A DNA stretch of 64,000 bases from Candidatus Gastranaerophilales bacterium. GTDB lineage: Bacteria > Cyanobacteriota > Vampirovibrionia > Gastranaerophilales > Gastranaerophilaceae. The translations under genes and the position numbers were made by a program. The notes beneath the pieces were generated by a model. It saw only the letters and a list, made by a program, of their open reading frames with translations. It ran no database searches and had not been told where the DNA came from. Shown piece by piece: positions 9,204-19,451 of this stretch (within the stretch, counting starts at the first letter, position 1; each line of letters opens with the position of its first letter). The DNA is taken from the NCBI GenBank assembly GCA_944325825.1, contig CALVBP010000003.1, positions 16,081 to 80,080 on the forward strand, in the 5' to 3' direction.

Positions 9204-10067
9204 ATGAGGAAGAGTTTGTTGGGGAGTATAGTTTTATCACTATTATTAATGCCTATCGGCGGAGTTTTTGCTGCCTCATCCGATGTGGTAACTCTTGATA
9301 AAAAGGATCTGGAAAAACCGCAATATTTGGAATACGAAAATCCTGCCGCACTAAAAGGAACCCTTCTTATTAACGATTCAGAAACTCTTGCAAACATTAT
9401 TGAAGAACAAAAAGAGCACGATTTAAAAGACTTGGAAAAACTCTGGCAGGGAACGGTTGAGAACAACAGAGTTATAGAATTTGCATTAAAAAAACTTGCA
9501 ACCCCCGAGTCACAAAGAAGAATACATTCCTCTTTAATGGCAAAAACTCTTTCCGCTATTGTTTCCGGAGCATCGTTTGTGCCCTGCCTTATGGGTGCAG
9601 ACCCAACAATTTCCACTTCCGCATTTTCGGCAGGAAGATTAGCAATGGGACTTTTAAACAGAAAAAATATTCCGCAGGAGACTCCGCTTACAGATACCGA
9701 ATTAATAGAACTTGCAAGTATGGTTGAAGAACTGCAGGATTCTTTGGTAAGTTCTTATTATAATTACAAAAATACTTTAACTCAGCTCAAAGCTACCAGA
9801 GCAAAAATGCTGTTATACAGCAGAAACTATTCTAAAGCCGTTAACAGCTCCGAAGTATTGGAACTTGCAATATCTTCATCACTATATGATTCTATGCGGC
9901 TTCAAGAATTTAATCTGGAACAATCCGCAAAAAAATACCATATTCAGCTTCAAAGACTTGCGGGGAAAAAAGCTGTTGATTCACTTGATATGTATCAGTA
10001 CGATTTTAATTCCGTACTGTATAAAGATGATACTAAACTTCCGGACAAGAAAGGGAAAAAGAAATGA
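9204..10067 (+). CDS. Secreted helical hypothetical protein (paralog of downstream gene)
   Basis: Sec-like signal peptide; LWQGTVENNRVIEFALKKLATPE similar to the downstream LWQGAAMRSDTIKFAIYKLSNPD. Confidence 0.75.
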   Translation: MRKSLLGSIVLSLLLMPIGGVFAASSDVVTLDKKDLEKPQYLEYENPAALKGTLLINDSETLANIIEEQKEHDLKDLEKLWQGTVENNRVIEFALKKLATPESQRRIHSSLMAKTLSAIVSGASFVPCLMGADPTISTSAFSAGRLAMGLLNRKNIPQETPLTDTELIELASMVEELQDSLVSSYYNYKNTLTQLKATRAKMLLYSRNYSKAVNSSEVLELAISSSLYDSMRLQEFNLEQSAKKYHIQLQRLAGKKAVDSLDMYQYDFNSVLYKDDTKLPDKKGKKK

Positions 10068-10957
10068 AAAGATACCTTTCTTTAGCTTTAATACTTTTTA
10101 TGACTGCTCAATCTTCTTTTGCAGGTTTAGTTCTTGATGACATAAAAGCCCCAAAAGAAAATTTTTACAGAATGGGAACATCCGACACTCCGGAAACCAA
10201 ATTTGACTATAATATAGAACCGACTATAAAACCCAGCGTTCAAAAAGAAGAAAAAAAAGAAACCCAAAATCTTACATACGCAGATTTGAGTATAAAAAAA
10301 ATGTCACTTGAAATTTCAAAATCAATTGATATTGACTATAATGAAATGCAAAGTGATTTATCACTTCTCTGGCAGGGAGCTGCAATGAGAAGCGATACTA
10401 TTAAGTTTGCAATATATAAACTTTCAAATCCTGACAGAGATAAGCCGGACAGCGGCGCTGTTAAAAAAGTTTTGACAACAATTGCCGGAATGTCTACCTT
10501 TATCGGAGCAGGAATGGGGAACCCCGTACTTGCAAGCGCAGCATTAATCGGAGGAAATACTTTAGGTATAATGTCACAGGATGCTAAAGCACTTAACTAC
10601 AAGTATTCTCAAGTAACAGATGCTGACATGATTATTCTGGTAAGAAAAGTAGAGGACCTCCAGCAAAAAGTTGTAGATATGTACTATGACTATATGACAG
10701 CAAGACAGCTTTATGATATGACAACGGGAATGGTTGAAAAATGTTACAGGAATTATCAAAATTCTCAAAAACTCTCAAAAGAAGTAATTTTGATAACAGA
10801 TACTTTTTACCGTGATGCTCTGGATGAACAGCAAAAAGCAAGAGGGCAGTTTTTTGAAAAACGCTCCAGACTTGAACAATTAGTCGGCAGCGATGTATTC
10901 AGAGACTTTGAAGCCTCTGTTGATAAAAGGCTCGGAAAAAGTACTGAGAATGATTGA
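10064..10957 (+). CDS. Secreted helical hypothetical protein (paralog of upstream gene)
   Basis: Signal peptide MKRYLSLALILFMTAQSSFA; 4-nt overlap with the upstream gene; shared motifs. Confidence 0.75.
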   Translation: MKRYLSLALILFMTAQSSFAGLVLDDIKAPKENFYRMGTSDTPETKFDYNIEPTIKPSVQKEEKKETQNLTYADLSIKKMSLEISKSIDIDYNEMQSDLSLLWQGAAMRSDTIKFAIYKLSNPDRDKPDSGAVKKVLTTIAGMSTFIGAGMGNPVLASAALIGGNTLGIMSQDAKALNYKYSQVTDADMIILVRKVEDLQQKVVDMYYDYMTARQLYDMTTGMVEKCYRNYQNSQKLSKEVILITDTFYRDALDEQQKARGQFFEKRSRLEQLVGSDVFRDFEASVDKRLGKSTEND

Positions 10958-11025
10958 TTTTAATCTTTGTAACCTTTACTTTTCCGCTCAAATATGGTAC
11001 TTATAGATTATCAGAAGGAAGAGAG

Positions 11026-12696
11026 ATGTTTGAAAAAAATCTGGAGTACATAGATAATCTTGCGTTAAAACGCCGTCTTTCCCGTATCTCCATTGAGCAA
11101 TCACGGATAGGCATTTCTTATTGCATAACTCCTTCTAATGATTATATATTGCTTAAAGATGATGTTCCCTCTGATGATTTAAATAATCCGAGAGAAGCCA
11201 TTCGTGAAATGTTAAAAAAGAATATCAAGAATGAAATGCATTCTAATGATATTATTATCACGTTTGGAATAGGACTTGGATATTTGCTGGATGAGGTTTA
11301 CAACACATATCCTTCAAGAATTTATATTTATGAACCTGATGTGAATTTTCTGCACTTTGTTCTGAATAATATTGATATTTCCCAGCATCTTGCAAGCGGA
11401 AGGGTATATATTACAAACGATTTAGATGAACTGCTCGCAAAACTAAATTCATCTTTTATTACAAAAGACCGGGTTGAAATTGTATATTTGCAAAACTACG
11501 CAGTATCACATAACAGAGACCTGCTCCTGCTTACTCAAAAGGTTTATGATACATGTAAAAGCAAAATGGTCGATATAAATACAATTAAAAAGTTTTCAAA
11601 AAAATGGCTTACCAACACAATCGAAAATATTGCAGCTGTTAATGAAACTGCCATGTATAAGTTGTCAGACCTTACGGGCAAGTTTTCCGGGCAGACGGCT
11701 TTAATAGCCGGGGCCGGACCTTCTTTAAACGATAACATTGCTCATATTCAAGCAAATAGAAACAATTTTATTATTTTCTGTGTAAATAAAGCTTTAAAAT
11801 ATTTAATACAAAATGGGATTACTCCTGATTTTGTAGTTTGCCTTGATGCTTCAAATATGAACAAAACCGTCAGGGAAATGGAATCACACATTGAGCGAAC
11901 AAACTGCATTATGGATATTAGGACCGATTCCGCATTAACCAAAATGAAATTTAACAAGATTTTTGTTAATTTTTCTAATACAGACTTCTTAATGAATAAA
12001 TTGGCTAAATTTAATAATAATCTGCAATTCTTTGAATCAGGCGGTTCTGCAACAATTTTGGCTTTAATCTCAGCAATAAAACTCGGCTTTTCAAGGATAG
12101 TACTTGCCGGATTGGATTTAGCATTTAAAGAGAATGTTATTTATGCTGACGGCGAAGCTATGAACAGAATTTCTCCGGAACAAATTATGGTTGATTCCGT
12201 TAAAAAGAATCTGGTTAGAATTAAATCTGTTAATGGTGAAATGGTCTACACAAGAGAAGATTATGAAGTCTACATTCACCACATTGAAAGTATTATAAGA
12301 GAATTAAAATACAGTGAAATATACAATCTTTCATCTTTTGGCGCATATATTGACGGGGTAAAAGCTGTAAAATTTGAAGACTTAAATTTGTGGGGAAATT
12401 CTTCCGCCTCTCCTATCGCAGATGCCGAACCTTTTAAGTTTGAACTGCAAGATTTTATGAAAGATGAGTTCTATAATATTAACAGTATAATCTCTCTTCT
12501 TTCTAAGGGAGTATTCTCTCCTGCTCTGGTCTCGTCAATCGTCAGATCTGTTTTCATTTATCAATATATGCAAGCTGATATTTTAAATGTACTTCAGCGT
12601 AATTTTGATTCAACACTTGCCGAAGACTTTGTAGAGAAAACAAAGCTAGCAATTAAAACAGTTGTTGAACTTTTGCAAAAACACAAATTAATTTAG
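11026..12696 (+). CDS. Motility-associated factor (Maf/DUF115, MptE-like) glycosyltransferase family protein
   Basis: ALIAGAGPSL, GITPDFVVCLD, GGSATILALISAIKLGFSRIVLAGLDLAF; likely start MFEKN at 11026 (ORF from 10954). Confidence 0.8.
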   Translation: MFEKNLEYIDNLALKRRLSRISIEQSRIGISYCITPSNDYILLKDDVPSDDLNNPREAIREMLKKNIKNEMHSNDIIITFGIGLGYLLDEVYNTYPSRIYIYEPDVNFLHFVLNNIDISQHLASGRVYITNDLDELLAKLNSSFITKDRVEIVYLQNYAVSHNRDLLLLTQKVYDTCKSKMVDINTIKKFSKKWLTNTIENIAAVNETAMYKLSDLTGKFSGQTALIAGAGPSLNDNIAHIQANRNNFIIFCVNKALKYLIQNGITPDFVVCLDASNMNKTVREMESHIERTNCIMDIRTDSALTKMKFNKIFVNFSNTDFLMNKLAKFNNNLQFFESGGSATILALISAIKLGFSRIVLAGLDLAFKENVIYADGEAMNRISPEQIMVDSVKKNLVRIKSVNGEMVYTREDYEVYIHHIESIIRELKYSEIYNLSSFGAYIDGVKAVKFEDLNLWGNSSASPIADAEPFKFELQDFMKDEFYNINSIISLLSKGVFSPALVSSIVRSVFIYQYMQADILNVLQRNFDSTLAEDFVEKTKLAIKTVVELLQKHKLI

Positions 12697-13517
12697 TGAA
12701 TCATATAAAGAGAATTTGCACCCAACACTTTATCTTTAAGGCGTTTAAAACCTTTTCCGTATATATATTTCATCTGCTCTACGAGGTTTTCTTCAACATC
12801 AATAAGATACATATCGTGGACAATAAATTCTTTTATAATAAACACAATACTTTTATTTTGGGTCCAAATAATATTTGTATTAAATAATTCATTTTTGTAA
12901 GATGAAATTTGTCCGACAACACCTTCGGAGTCATCAGCAGCAATAACAACCATCCTCCCGCCAAGTGACATTTCAATATCTCTTGCAAAAGCGTGTTCAA
13001 AAACAAGTCCGAATTTCGATGAAAAATTATCATATCCAACAATTCTTATTTCAACATTTCTGTTATATGCATTCAAGAGCTCTTGTTCAAAGATTTTGAA
13101 GTCTTGTGACCAGACCTCCATATAAATCTCTCGTTTGGCATTCTGAATAACTTCAAGAATTTTATTCTGAATATTTTGTTTTCCCGAAATTGTTATAATC
13201 GGTTCATTATAATCATCTTTAACCTCCGGAAGGTGCTTTTCCAAATAGTTAATAGCGGAAGTCATTTTTCTCTGATAGCTTGAAATGAGTTGCTTAGGTC
13301 TTATCGGTGTATAGGAAACCGGTTTAGTATTGGTTGCTGCCACAATATTTTTATCTTCAAGTGCTTTTAAGGTATCATACGTCCTTGATTGCGGAATATT
13401 AGCAATCTTTGATACTTCATATCCGGTTGCCGGATACTTTTTTAAAAGCGCAATATAAACTTTTGCCTCATATGTGTTAAAACCAATTTCTTTAAGCTTT
13501 TCAACTAAATCTGCCAT
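12693..13517 (-). CDS. TrmB family transcriptional regulator
   Basis: LKEIGFNTYEAKVYIALL...ATGYEVSKIANIPQSRTYDTLKAL wHTH plus C-terminal effector domain. Confidence 0.9.
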   Translation of the reverse strand: MADLVEKLKEIGFNTYEAKVYIALLKKYPATGYEVSKIANIPQSRTYDTLKALEDKNIVAATNTKPVSYTPIRPKQLISSYQRKMTSAINYLEKHLPEVKDDYNEPIITISGKQNIQNKILEVIQNAKREIYMEVWSQDFKIFEQELLNAYNRNVEIRIVGYDNFSSKFGLVFEHAFARDIEMSLGGRMVVIAADDSEGVVGQISSYKNELFNTNIIWTQNKSIVFIIKEFIVHDMYLIDVEENLVEQMKYIYGKGFKRLKDKVLGANSLYMIH

Positions 13518-13534
13518 AGATAGATTTTAACAAA

Positions 13535-16500
13535 TTATTTCTTTGGTTGCAAACTATCTAACTTATCTTTATATGCCAGAAGCTCTTTAAATTTTTCATT
13601 CATTTCTTCTCTGGATTTATTTTCCTCAGAATCCTCATTCAAAAGAATTTGATTAACTAAATCAAGCATGGTGGCATTTGAAGTCAAAATTAAATTTATA
13701 TTATTAATTTTTGCGGCTGCTTCAGCTGTGACTTGCTGTTTTGCATCAACCAGAGCTGCATCAAAAAGCAGCGTCCTGCTTCCGGATGGATTTTCTTTAT
13801 ATAGGTTTTTAATATTATCCAGAGCTTTGATTATAGATACTATCTCTGATTTATTTATATTACATGTTTTAGCAGCCTTGAGCAATTTGTTTTTTGACTT
13901 ATCAAGAATTTGTTCATAATCTTCTGTGTCTGAAACTTCCGACTTTGTTTCATTAAGGATTTTTTCTGTTTTCTTAATAAAAGAATTATAATTATTACTC
14001 ATATCATAAGCTTCTTTCATAATCTTTTTAAGATTGTCAAAATCCATGGCTTCGGAAATATATTTAACATAATCTTCACCAAGCCCAAGTTTATCAATAA
14101 ACATAAGAGCTGTGTCTCTTTCCTCATCAATAATTAGCTTGTGAATCATCTGCGCCAGTATCGTCCGGGAATTCATAGGAGTTTCTTCACCGGAAGCACT
14201 CACATATTTATAATTCTTAAACATGTCTTTAACACTGGTTTCAACCCCTTTAGAAACAGCTCCCATAAGAATGTCCTGAATATTGGCAAGCTGTGCATAC
14301 TGAAGCCCCCTTATCAAAAGAGTTTTATATGTTTCTTTATATTTTTCATCGGGAGAATCTTTAGCAACTGATATCATATATGCTTCTAAAAGTTCCTCCG
14401 GATTTCTTAAAATATGGTAATTTGAGAAACTTTCATACAATTCGTTCCTGTATTTTTCTTCTTCTTCCATATTATATTTGATGAGAGCATGAATATATTT
14501 ATGAGCAAGGGAAATTATATCATTACGGTATTTTTCCTGAATCAAACTTTTAGCAAAAACTTTTATAGTTTCATTTAAGGTATCTTTTTCAACTTTTAAA
14601 GCTTTATTAAGAGCTTCTTCCGACGTTGTATTCTCAAGACTTTTAATAACCGCAATAATTGTTTCAATATATGGTTTGTATTCCTTAAACAATGATCCTT
14701 TAGGAAGCTCCATAGCCTTTTCAGCTGCATCAATGAGTTCAGCCATTGAAGTATCATTATCATCCGTATTGAGAATGAGTCTGCCCAAAATTATATTGAT
14801 ATCTTTGAACAGTGAATCAGAAACAACCTCATTTTTATCAGTTCTTTTTATAAATTCCGACAACTTCGCAGCCATATGATAAGATTCTATCTGATCTTGC
14901 AAACCTTTTATCAATTCTTGCTTATAGCTGAGAGATTCTATGAAGGAATCATATGAATAACTCAATGCTTTTTCATCAAGGTACTCGAGTTTTGGATAAG
15001 CAGGGTAAGCTCCGTATTTAGTCAAATTTCTGCCCTTATATTTGTTGAACAATTTTGGGAGGGTAAGGTATGATAAATCCGAATTCATTTCTCTGTAAAT
15101 AGATGCTAAATTGTATTTATTGTGATACATTCCTTCTCTTGAAAAACGTTTATATCTATATGCTTTTTCAAAATCATCATGCCCGTAATTCGGATAAAAA
15201 GCATCATAGTATACCGTATTCATAAATGCTGTTTCGGCATTATCTTCGTACCTGAGGAGTTTTTTAAGAATATCATAGCCTGTATAATTTTTAATGCCCA
15301 AATCCTCAGGTTTAACCTTAGGTAAAATTTCTTTTTTAAACTCTTCAATTGTCAAGTTCTGGATATTTCTGTATATTTTTACAAGCTCATTATCATCAAT
15401 CGGTGAGAATTCTCTGTCTATGAATTTAACTATATTAGAGACACCTGATGAAATAATATCGTCTTTATTAAAATACATAGCTCGTTTAAAAAAGTCCTTA
15501 TAAACATTTAATATTTCTTTTTTAGCATCTTCATTATGTATAACTTTATCTAAATCACTCTTTATAATTTCACAGAACTTTTTAATAATATTTTTTGCAC
15601 TGCCGTCAAAATCATCCATATCAATCTCAAACTTTGAGCCGACCGAATCATACTCATTTTCGGTTAAATTAATATTATATTTATTTAAAATTCCGTCAAT
15701 TTTATTATATTCATCATCCCCGAATTCGCCGCAGACATAATCAGTTACATTTATATCTTTTGAAAATGCGTATTTAAAAGCATTCAATGCCCTGTTTTTC
15801 TGAGCGGTACGAAATTTTGTTAAATCTTTTACATTTCTAACCCTTGCTACTTCAGGCTCTAAACCCTGAATTGGATAATTCCATTTTAGAGCTGTTTTTT
15901 CCAGTACAACTTTTAAATAATCATCATCCGGCAATTTGTCATAGTCTTCTTTTGTTCTTATTACAGGTTGAAATGGAGAAAACAGTCTTTTATTAAGCAT
16001 ATCGTACGTATTTTTCCATCCGTTTGCTGCAGTATCTGAAAGTTTTATAATATGCTTGATTTCTTCGGGAGAGAGTTTACCCGCCAATTTTTCAAACTTA
16101 CTTATCAAAGAAAGGGACGGAATAAACATTGCATCATGTATTTCCGCAGCAATAGTTCTTGCATTTGGAGAATAACCGTCCAGAATAATACCTGTCATTT
16201 GCGGACTGTTATATAAATCATTATCAATATGTTTTAATTTTTTATAAATTTTGCTCTTGGTATTGTCCGGTTTTTCCCGGAGAACCATATCATTCAGTAT
16301 TCTATCGGTCAAATTGCCATTCTGGAATTTAGAGTTGGTTATATACCCGAGAGCACCGCCCCGCCTGTCGCTGTAGTCCGTTCTAAGCAATCCGTTAGAG
16401 TCAACCCAGTTATTTTCATGTTCTGAAGCTCCCCATGTATTATCATGAAAAAGGACATCTTTTTCCTGAAACGAACTATCACCGGTCTTTAAATTTACAG

Positions 16501-19306
16501 GCTTTATATCAGCAATATATTGTGCATGCCAGCCCATTGAATCATGATAAACAGAAGAAGAGGATATGCCTGAATACGGAGAAGTTTTGATTTTTTCTAT
16601 TGCATATTTTATATCATTTGTTTCATAGTGCGGTCTTCCTGTCATATGCTCAAGAATACGCACCTGTTCTTCCGATGATAGACCGGAGTGACCTTCTTCT
16701 CTTACCCAATAGTTTCCGTTTTGAATACCTATTACCCGTTTAAGCTCTTCAAGAGGTTCTTTTAATTCCCTATGCATGACAGGAATTTGCTTTTGAACAT
16801 AGGAAAGCATTTGATTAATGGTATTTTTAATTTCTTTTAGTGTTGCCTTTTCTGTTTTAGAAAAACTATAAAGGGCTTTATCGTGTAGTTTGCCCTGTCT
16901 TGTAGAAAATTCATCCTGTGAACGATCTTTTGATATTTTATTAAAATGTTCCTGAAGTTCCTTCAAGTTCTTTGCCGGAATAATTAATTTCTCATTTTCC
17001 CATTTCTTAATAATAATATCTTTCGGGTCAGCAGAAATTATTACATCCCCGTTATTTTTTTTAATGGTAAATGTTTTTACAAGGTCATCAATGAATAGTT
17101 TTGTAGTATTTATTTGCACATCCAAATCATTAAGTATTTGGTTCAGCTTGTCCTGGCTCAAATCTTCTTTAATATTGTTGGCTTCTGCAAATTTTTCAAT
17201 AAGCTCGCCGCCGTTTTCTCCGTTCATCTCGGAAATAAGTACATTAAAAGTATTTATAACATTTTGCAATTGCGAAGTATTGCTAAATTTATTAAAGATT
17301 TCCAAATATGTATTATCATCCCCGAAAATAACCTTAGCTTGCAAAGCTTCCATCGCAGCCGGAATATCGGAATGCCGCTTTACATTTAATATTTTTTTAA
17401 GAGCAAATATTGAATCTTTATCTCCGTATTCCGCAAAGTTTTTAATATGCTCCATTTGTTTAACAAGGGCACCACGCCTTCCGCCTTTTACCAGTAATTT
17501 TTCATAAATTTCATCCAGTTCTTGCGTAAGAATATTATTTAAATGAGAATCTAACTCTTTTATAACTGCCAGAACATCTGCTTTGGAATTTTTCGGCAGT
17601 TGAAATACATTTTTAACTCTTTCAATAATTTCAGCGGAATCTTCTGAATTATTTTTGAGTTTCTCACCTGCTTCATTAATCTTATCCCGCAAAATAGATT
17701 CGACATCTTTTAAACCTTCGCTTTGGATAAAACTTGATAACATAGTACTTTCTTCAAGCCCTTTTACCATTTGATATCTAAATGCGGCTGCAGCATTATA
17801 AAGAGCCTGAGCTTCCTGAATTTGAGAAACTTTTGTCTGTTCATTAGTTTTTAAAGATATAAAATACTCTGTAAAATCAAGGATTTTATCAAGCTTATCA
17901 TCCGGAACATCTTGTATTGCGGTATTTTCCAGAATGTATCCTTTTATTTTTTCTTTCTTGACCGACTCCTCTTCATTCGGAATATACGCAAACTTGTCTT
18001 CCGGCTTGATTCTGTCTGAAAACTTACGATTGAGGTTCAAAATTCCGGAAGAAATTTCTTGAATTTTTGAAGTCGAAAGTTCCGGATTAAGTTCGCCTAT
18101 TGTCCTGTTTAAAGCCTCTCTGGTTTTTGCCAGAGAAGAAAGGTTCCTTGAAAGATTTTGCCTTTTGTCCGTTTTAATTTCGTCTCTCTTTAAAACTTTT
18201 GCTTTATAATTACTTAAAACCGATTCAGCCTTCTTTAATGCCTGATAATAATTTTGAGTTTTTTTAAGTTCCGGATTATCAAATTGAATGTTATAAAAGG
18301 CATCTTTATTTACATCAAAATTTTCACTGTCAAAGGGTTTGTATTCATCAAAAGCAACACTGCTTGAGCCCGACATTTGTGCAACCTGCATCCAATGCAT
18401 GGTAGAAGCATCAATAATTCTGTATCCGTTAGCCAGAGCCGTCTCAAAATCAACGGGAACTTTTTGAACAGGTTTTTTCTCCTTGGTAAACAATTTACCT
18501 CGGTCATAAACCATAAGGGAATCACTTGAATCAAGTTCGGAAAGAATTGCATCTACATAATTTGGTTTGTCTTCGTATGCAAGTTTCTTTCTGACAATTG
18601 AAATTGCTGCACACATACCATGCTGCTTTTGATTAACAGCTTTTATATTAGGAACATCATGACCCGGAGTATGAATCGCCATGTCATTAATCATTTCCGC
18701 CACAGCAATAGATTTCTTATCTTTGAGTTGAGGATTTATTTCATATTCATCACTCATAAAATGATTTAATCTTTCAAGAACGTACTTTTTATGTTCTGTC
18801 GTTGTTTCACTTGAGACAATAAAATAGTCCAGATTATCCTTAAAATCTTTTATAGTCCCTACTGTTTCTTTTTGGATTTGTCCGATATCTACAGAATTCA
18901 ACAACCGCTCTCTTAATTTTAAAATTTCTTTTTCTTTATCTGTTAACCCTTTATCCGTCTGAATTTCACTAATTCTTTTATTAAATTTATCTTTTAATAA
19001 GGCAGGAGTAATAAGCGCTGCAGTTGTCGCAGCAGCCAGAAGGAGATTCTTCCAATTGTGTTTAGGAGTATTTTTGAGTTTAATATTTGTTGAATATTTT
19101 ACCCTGGAGGCTGTATCAAGAAGGAATTTAACATTTGCTTCTCCGGGAACCTTTGCCAGCTCTTTAATCGAATTTGTTATATATCTCTGATTGGGTTCCG
19201 TTAAAGAATACGGATTATTTTTTGCCAGTTGTTCTGCCGCTTTTCTCGCAGTTCTTTTACTCTTAAACCCTACTCCTGATTGGGTATTTATATTGTCAAC
19301 TTTCAT
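13535..19306 (-). CDS. 1923-aa hypothetical protein with putative split papain-like cysteine protease motifs
   Basis: Long ORF with GAGG RBS; QKQHGMCAAIS (C232), WHAQYIADI (H927), LFHDNTWG (N956). Confidence 0.8.
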   Translation of the reverse strand: MKVDNINTQSGVGFKSKRTARKAAEQLAKNNPYSLTEPNQRYITNSIKELAKVPGEANVKFLLDTASRVKYSTNIKLKNTPKHNWKNLLLAAATTAALITPALLKDKFNKRISEIQTDKGLTDKEKEILKLRERLLNSVDIGQIQKETVGTIKDFKDNLDYFIVSSETTTEHKKYVLERLNHFMSDEYEINPQLKDKKSIAVAEMINDMAIHTPGHDVPNIKAVNQKQHGMCAAISIVRKKLAYEDKPNYVDAILSELDSSDSLMVYDRGKLFTKEKKPVQKVPVDFETALANGYRIIDASTMHWMQVAQMSGSSSVAFDEYKPFDSENFDVNKDAFYNIQFDNPELKKTQNYYQALKKAESVLSNYKAKVLKRDEIKTDKRQNLSRNLSSLAKTREALNRTIGELNPELSTSKIQEISSGILNLNRKFSDRIKPEDKFAYIPNEEESVKKEKIKGYILENTAIQDVPDDKLDKILDFTEYFISLKTNEQTKVSQIQEAQALYNAAAAFRYQMVKGLEESTMLSSFIQSEGLKDVESILRDKINEAGEKLKNNSEDSAEIIERVKNVFQLPKNSKADVLAVIKELDSHLNNILTQELDEIYEKLLVKGGRRGALVKQMEHIKNFAEYGDKDSIFALKKILNVKRHSDIPAAMEALQAKVIFGDDNTYLEIFNKFSNTSQLQNVINTFNVLISEMNGENGGELIEKFAEANNIKEDLSQDKLNQILNDLDVQINTTKLFIDDLVKTFTIKKNNGDVIISADPKDIIIKKWENEKLIIPAKNLKELQEHFNKISKDRSQDEFSTRQGKLHDKALYSFSKTEKATLKEIKNTINQMLSYVQKQIPVMHRELKEPLEELKRVIGIQNGNYWVREEGHSGLSSEEQVRILEHMTGRPHYETNDIKYAIEKIKTSPYSGISSSSVYHDSMGWHAQYIADIKPVNLKTGDSSFQEKDVLFHDNTWGASEHENNWVDSNGLLRTDYSDRRGGALGYITNSKFQNGNLTDRILNDMVLREKPDNTKSKIYKKLKHIDNDLYNSPQMTGIILDGYSPNARTIAAEIHDAMFIPSLSLISKFEKLAGKLSPEEIKHIIKLSDTAANGWKNTYDMLNKRLFSPFQPVIRTKEDYDKLPDDDYLKVVLEKTALKWNYPIQGLEPEVARVRNVKDLTKFRTAQKNRALNAFKYAFSKDINVTDYVCGEFGDDEYNKIDGILNKYNINLTENEYDSVGSKFEIDMDDFDGSAKNIIKKFCEIIKSDLDKVIHNEDAKKEILNVYKDFFKRAMYFNKDDIISSGVSNIVKFIDREFSPIDDNELVKIYRNIQNLTIEEFKKEILPKVKPEDLGIKNYTGYDILKKLLRYEDNAETAFMNTVYYDAFYPNYGHDDFEKAYRYKRFSREGMYHNKYNLASIYREMNSDLSYLTLPKLFNKYKGRNLTKYGAYPAYPKLEYLDEKALSYSYDSFIESLSYKQELIKGLQDQIESYHMAAKLSEFIKRTDKNEVVSDSLFKDINIILGRLILNTDDNDTSMAELIDAAEKAMELPKGSLFKEYKPYIETIIAVIKSLENTTSEEALNKALKVEKDTLNETIKVFAKSLIQEKYRNDIISLAHKYIHALIKYNMEEEEKYRNELYESFSNYHILRNPEELLEAYMISVAKDSPDEKYKETYKTLLIRGLQYAQLANIQDILMGAVSKGVETSVKDMFKNYKYVSASGEETPMNSRTILAQMIHKLIIDEERDTALMFIDKLGLGEDYVKYISEAMDFDNLKKIMKEAYDMSNNYNSFIKKTEKILNETKSEVSDTEDYEQILDKSKNKLLKAAKTCNINKSEIVSIIKALDNIKNLYKENPSGSRTLLFDAALVDAKQQVTAEAAAKINNINLILTSNATMLDLVNQILLNEDSEENKSREEMNEKFKELLAYKDKLDSLQPKK

Positions 19307-19451
19307 TTATTACCTCATATCCTATATTTTTAATTAAAAAAGGTAAAAATTTATTTTGACAAATTGTTAAAATATCGTTACAAAAAAGTCAATTTTTAAT
19401 AATAAAAATACTTAATATATATAAGGTTAGATTATATAGGGTTAATTAGGT

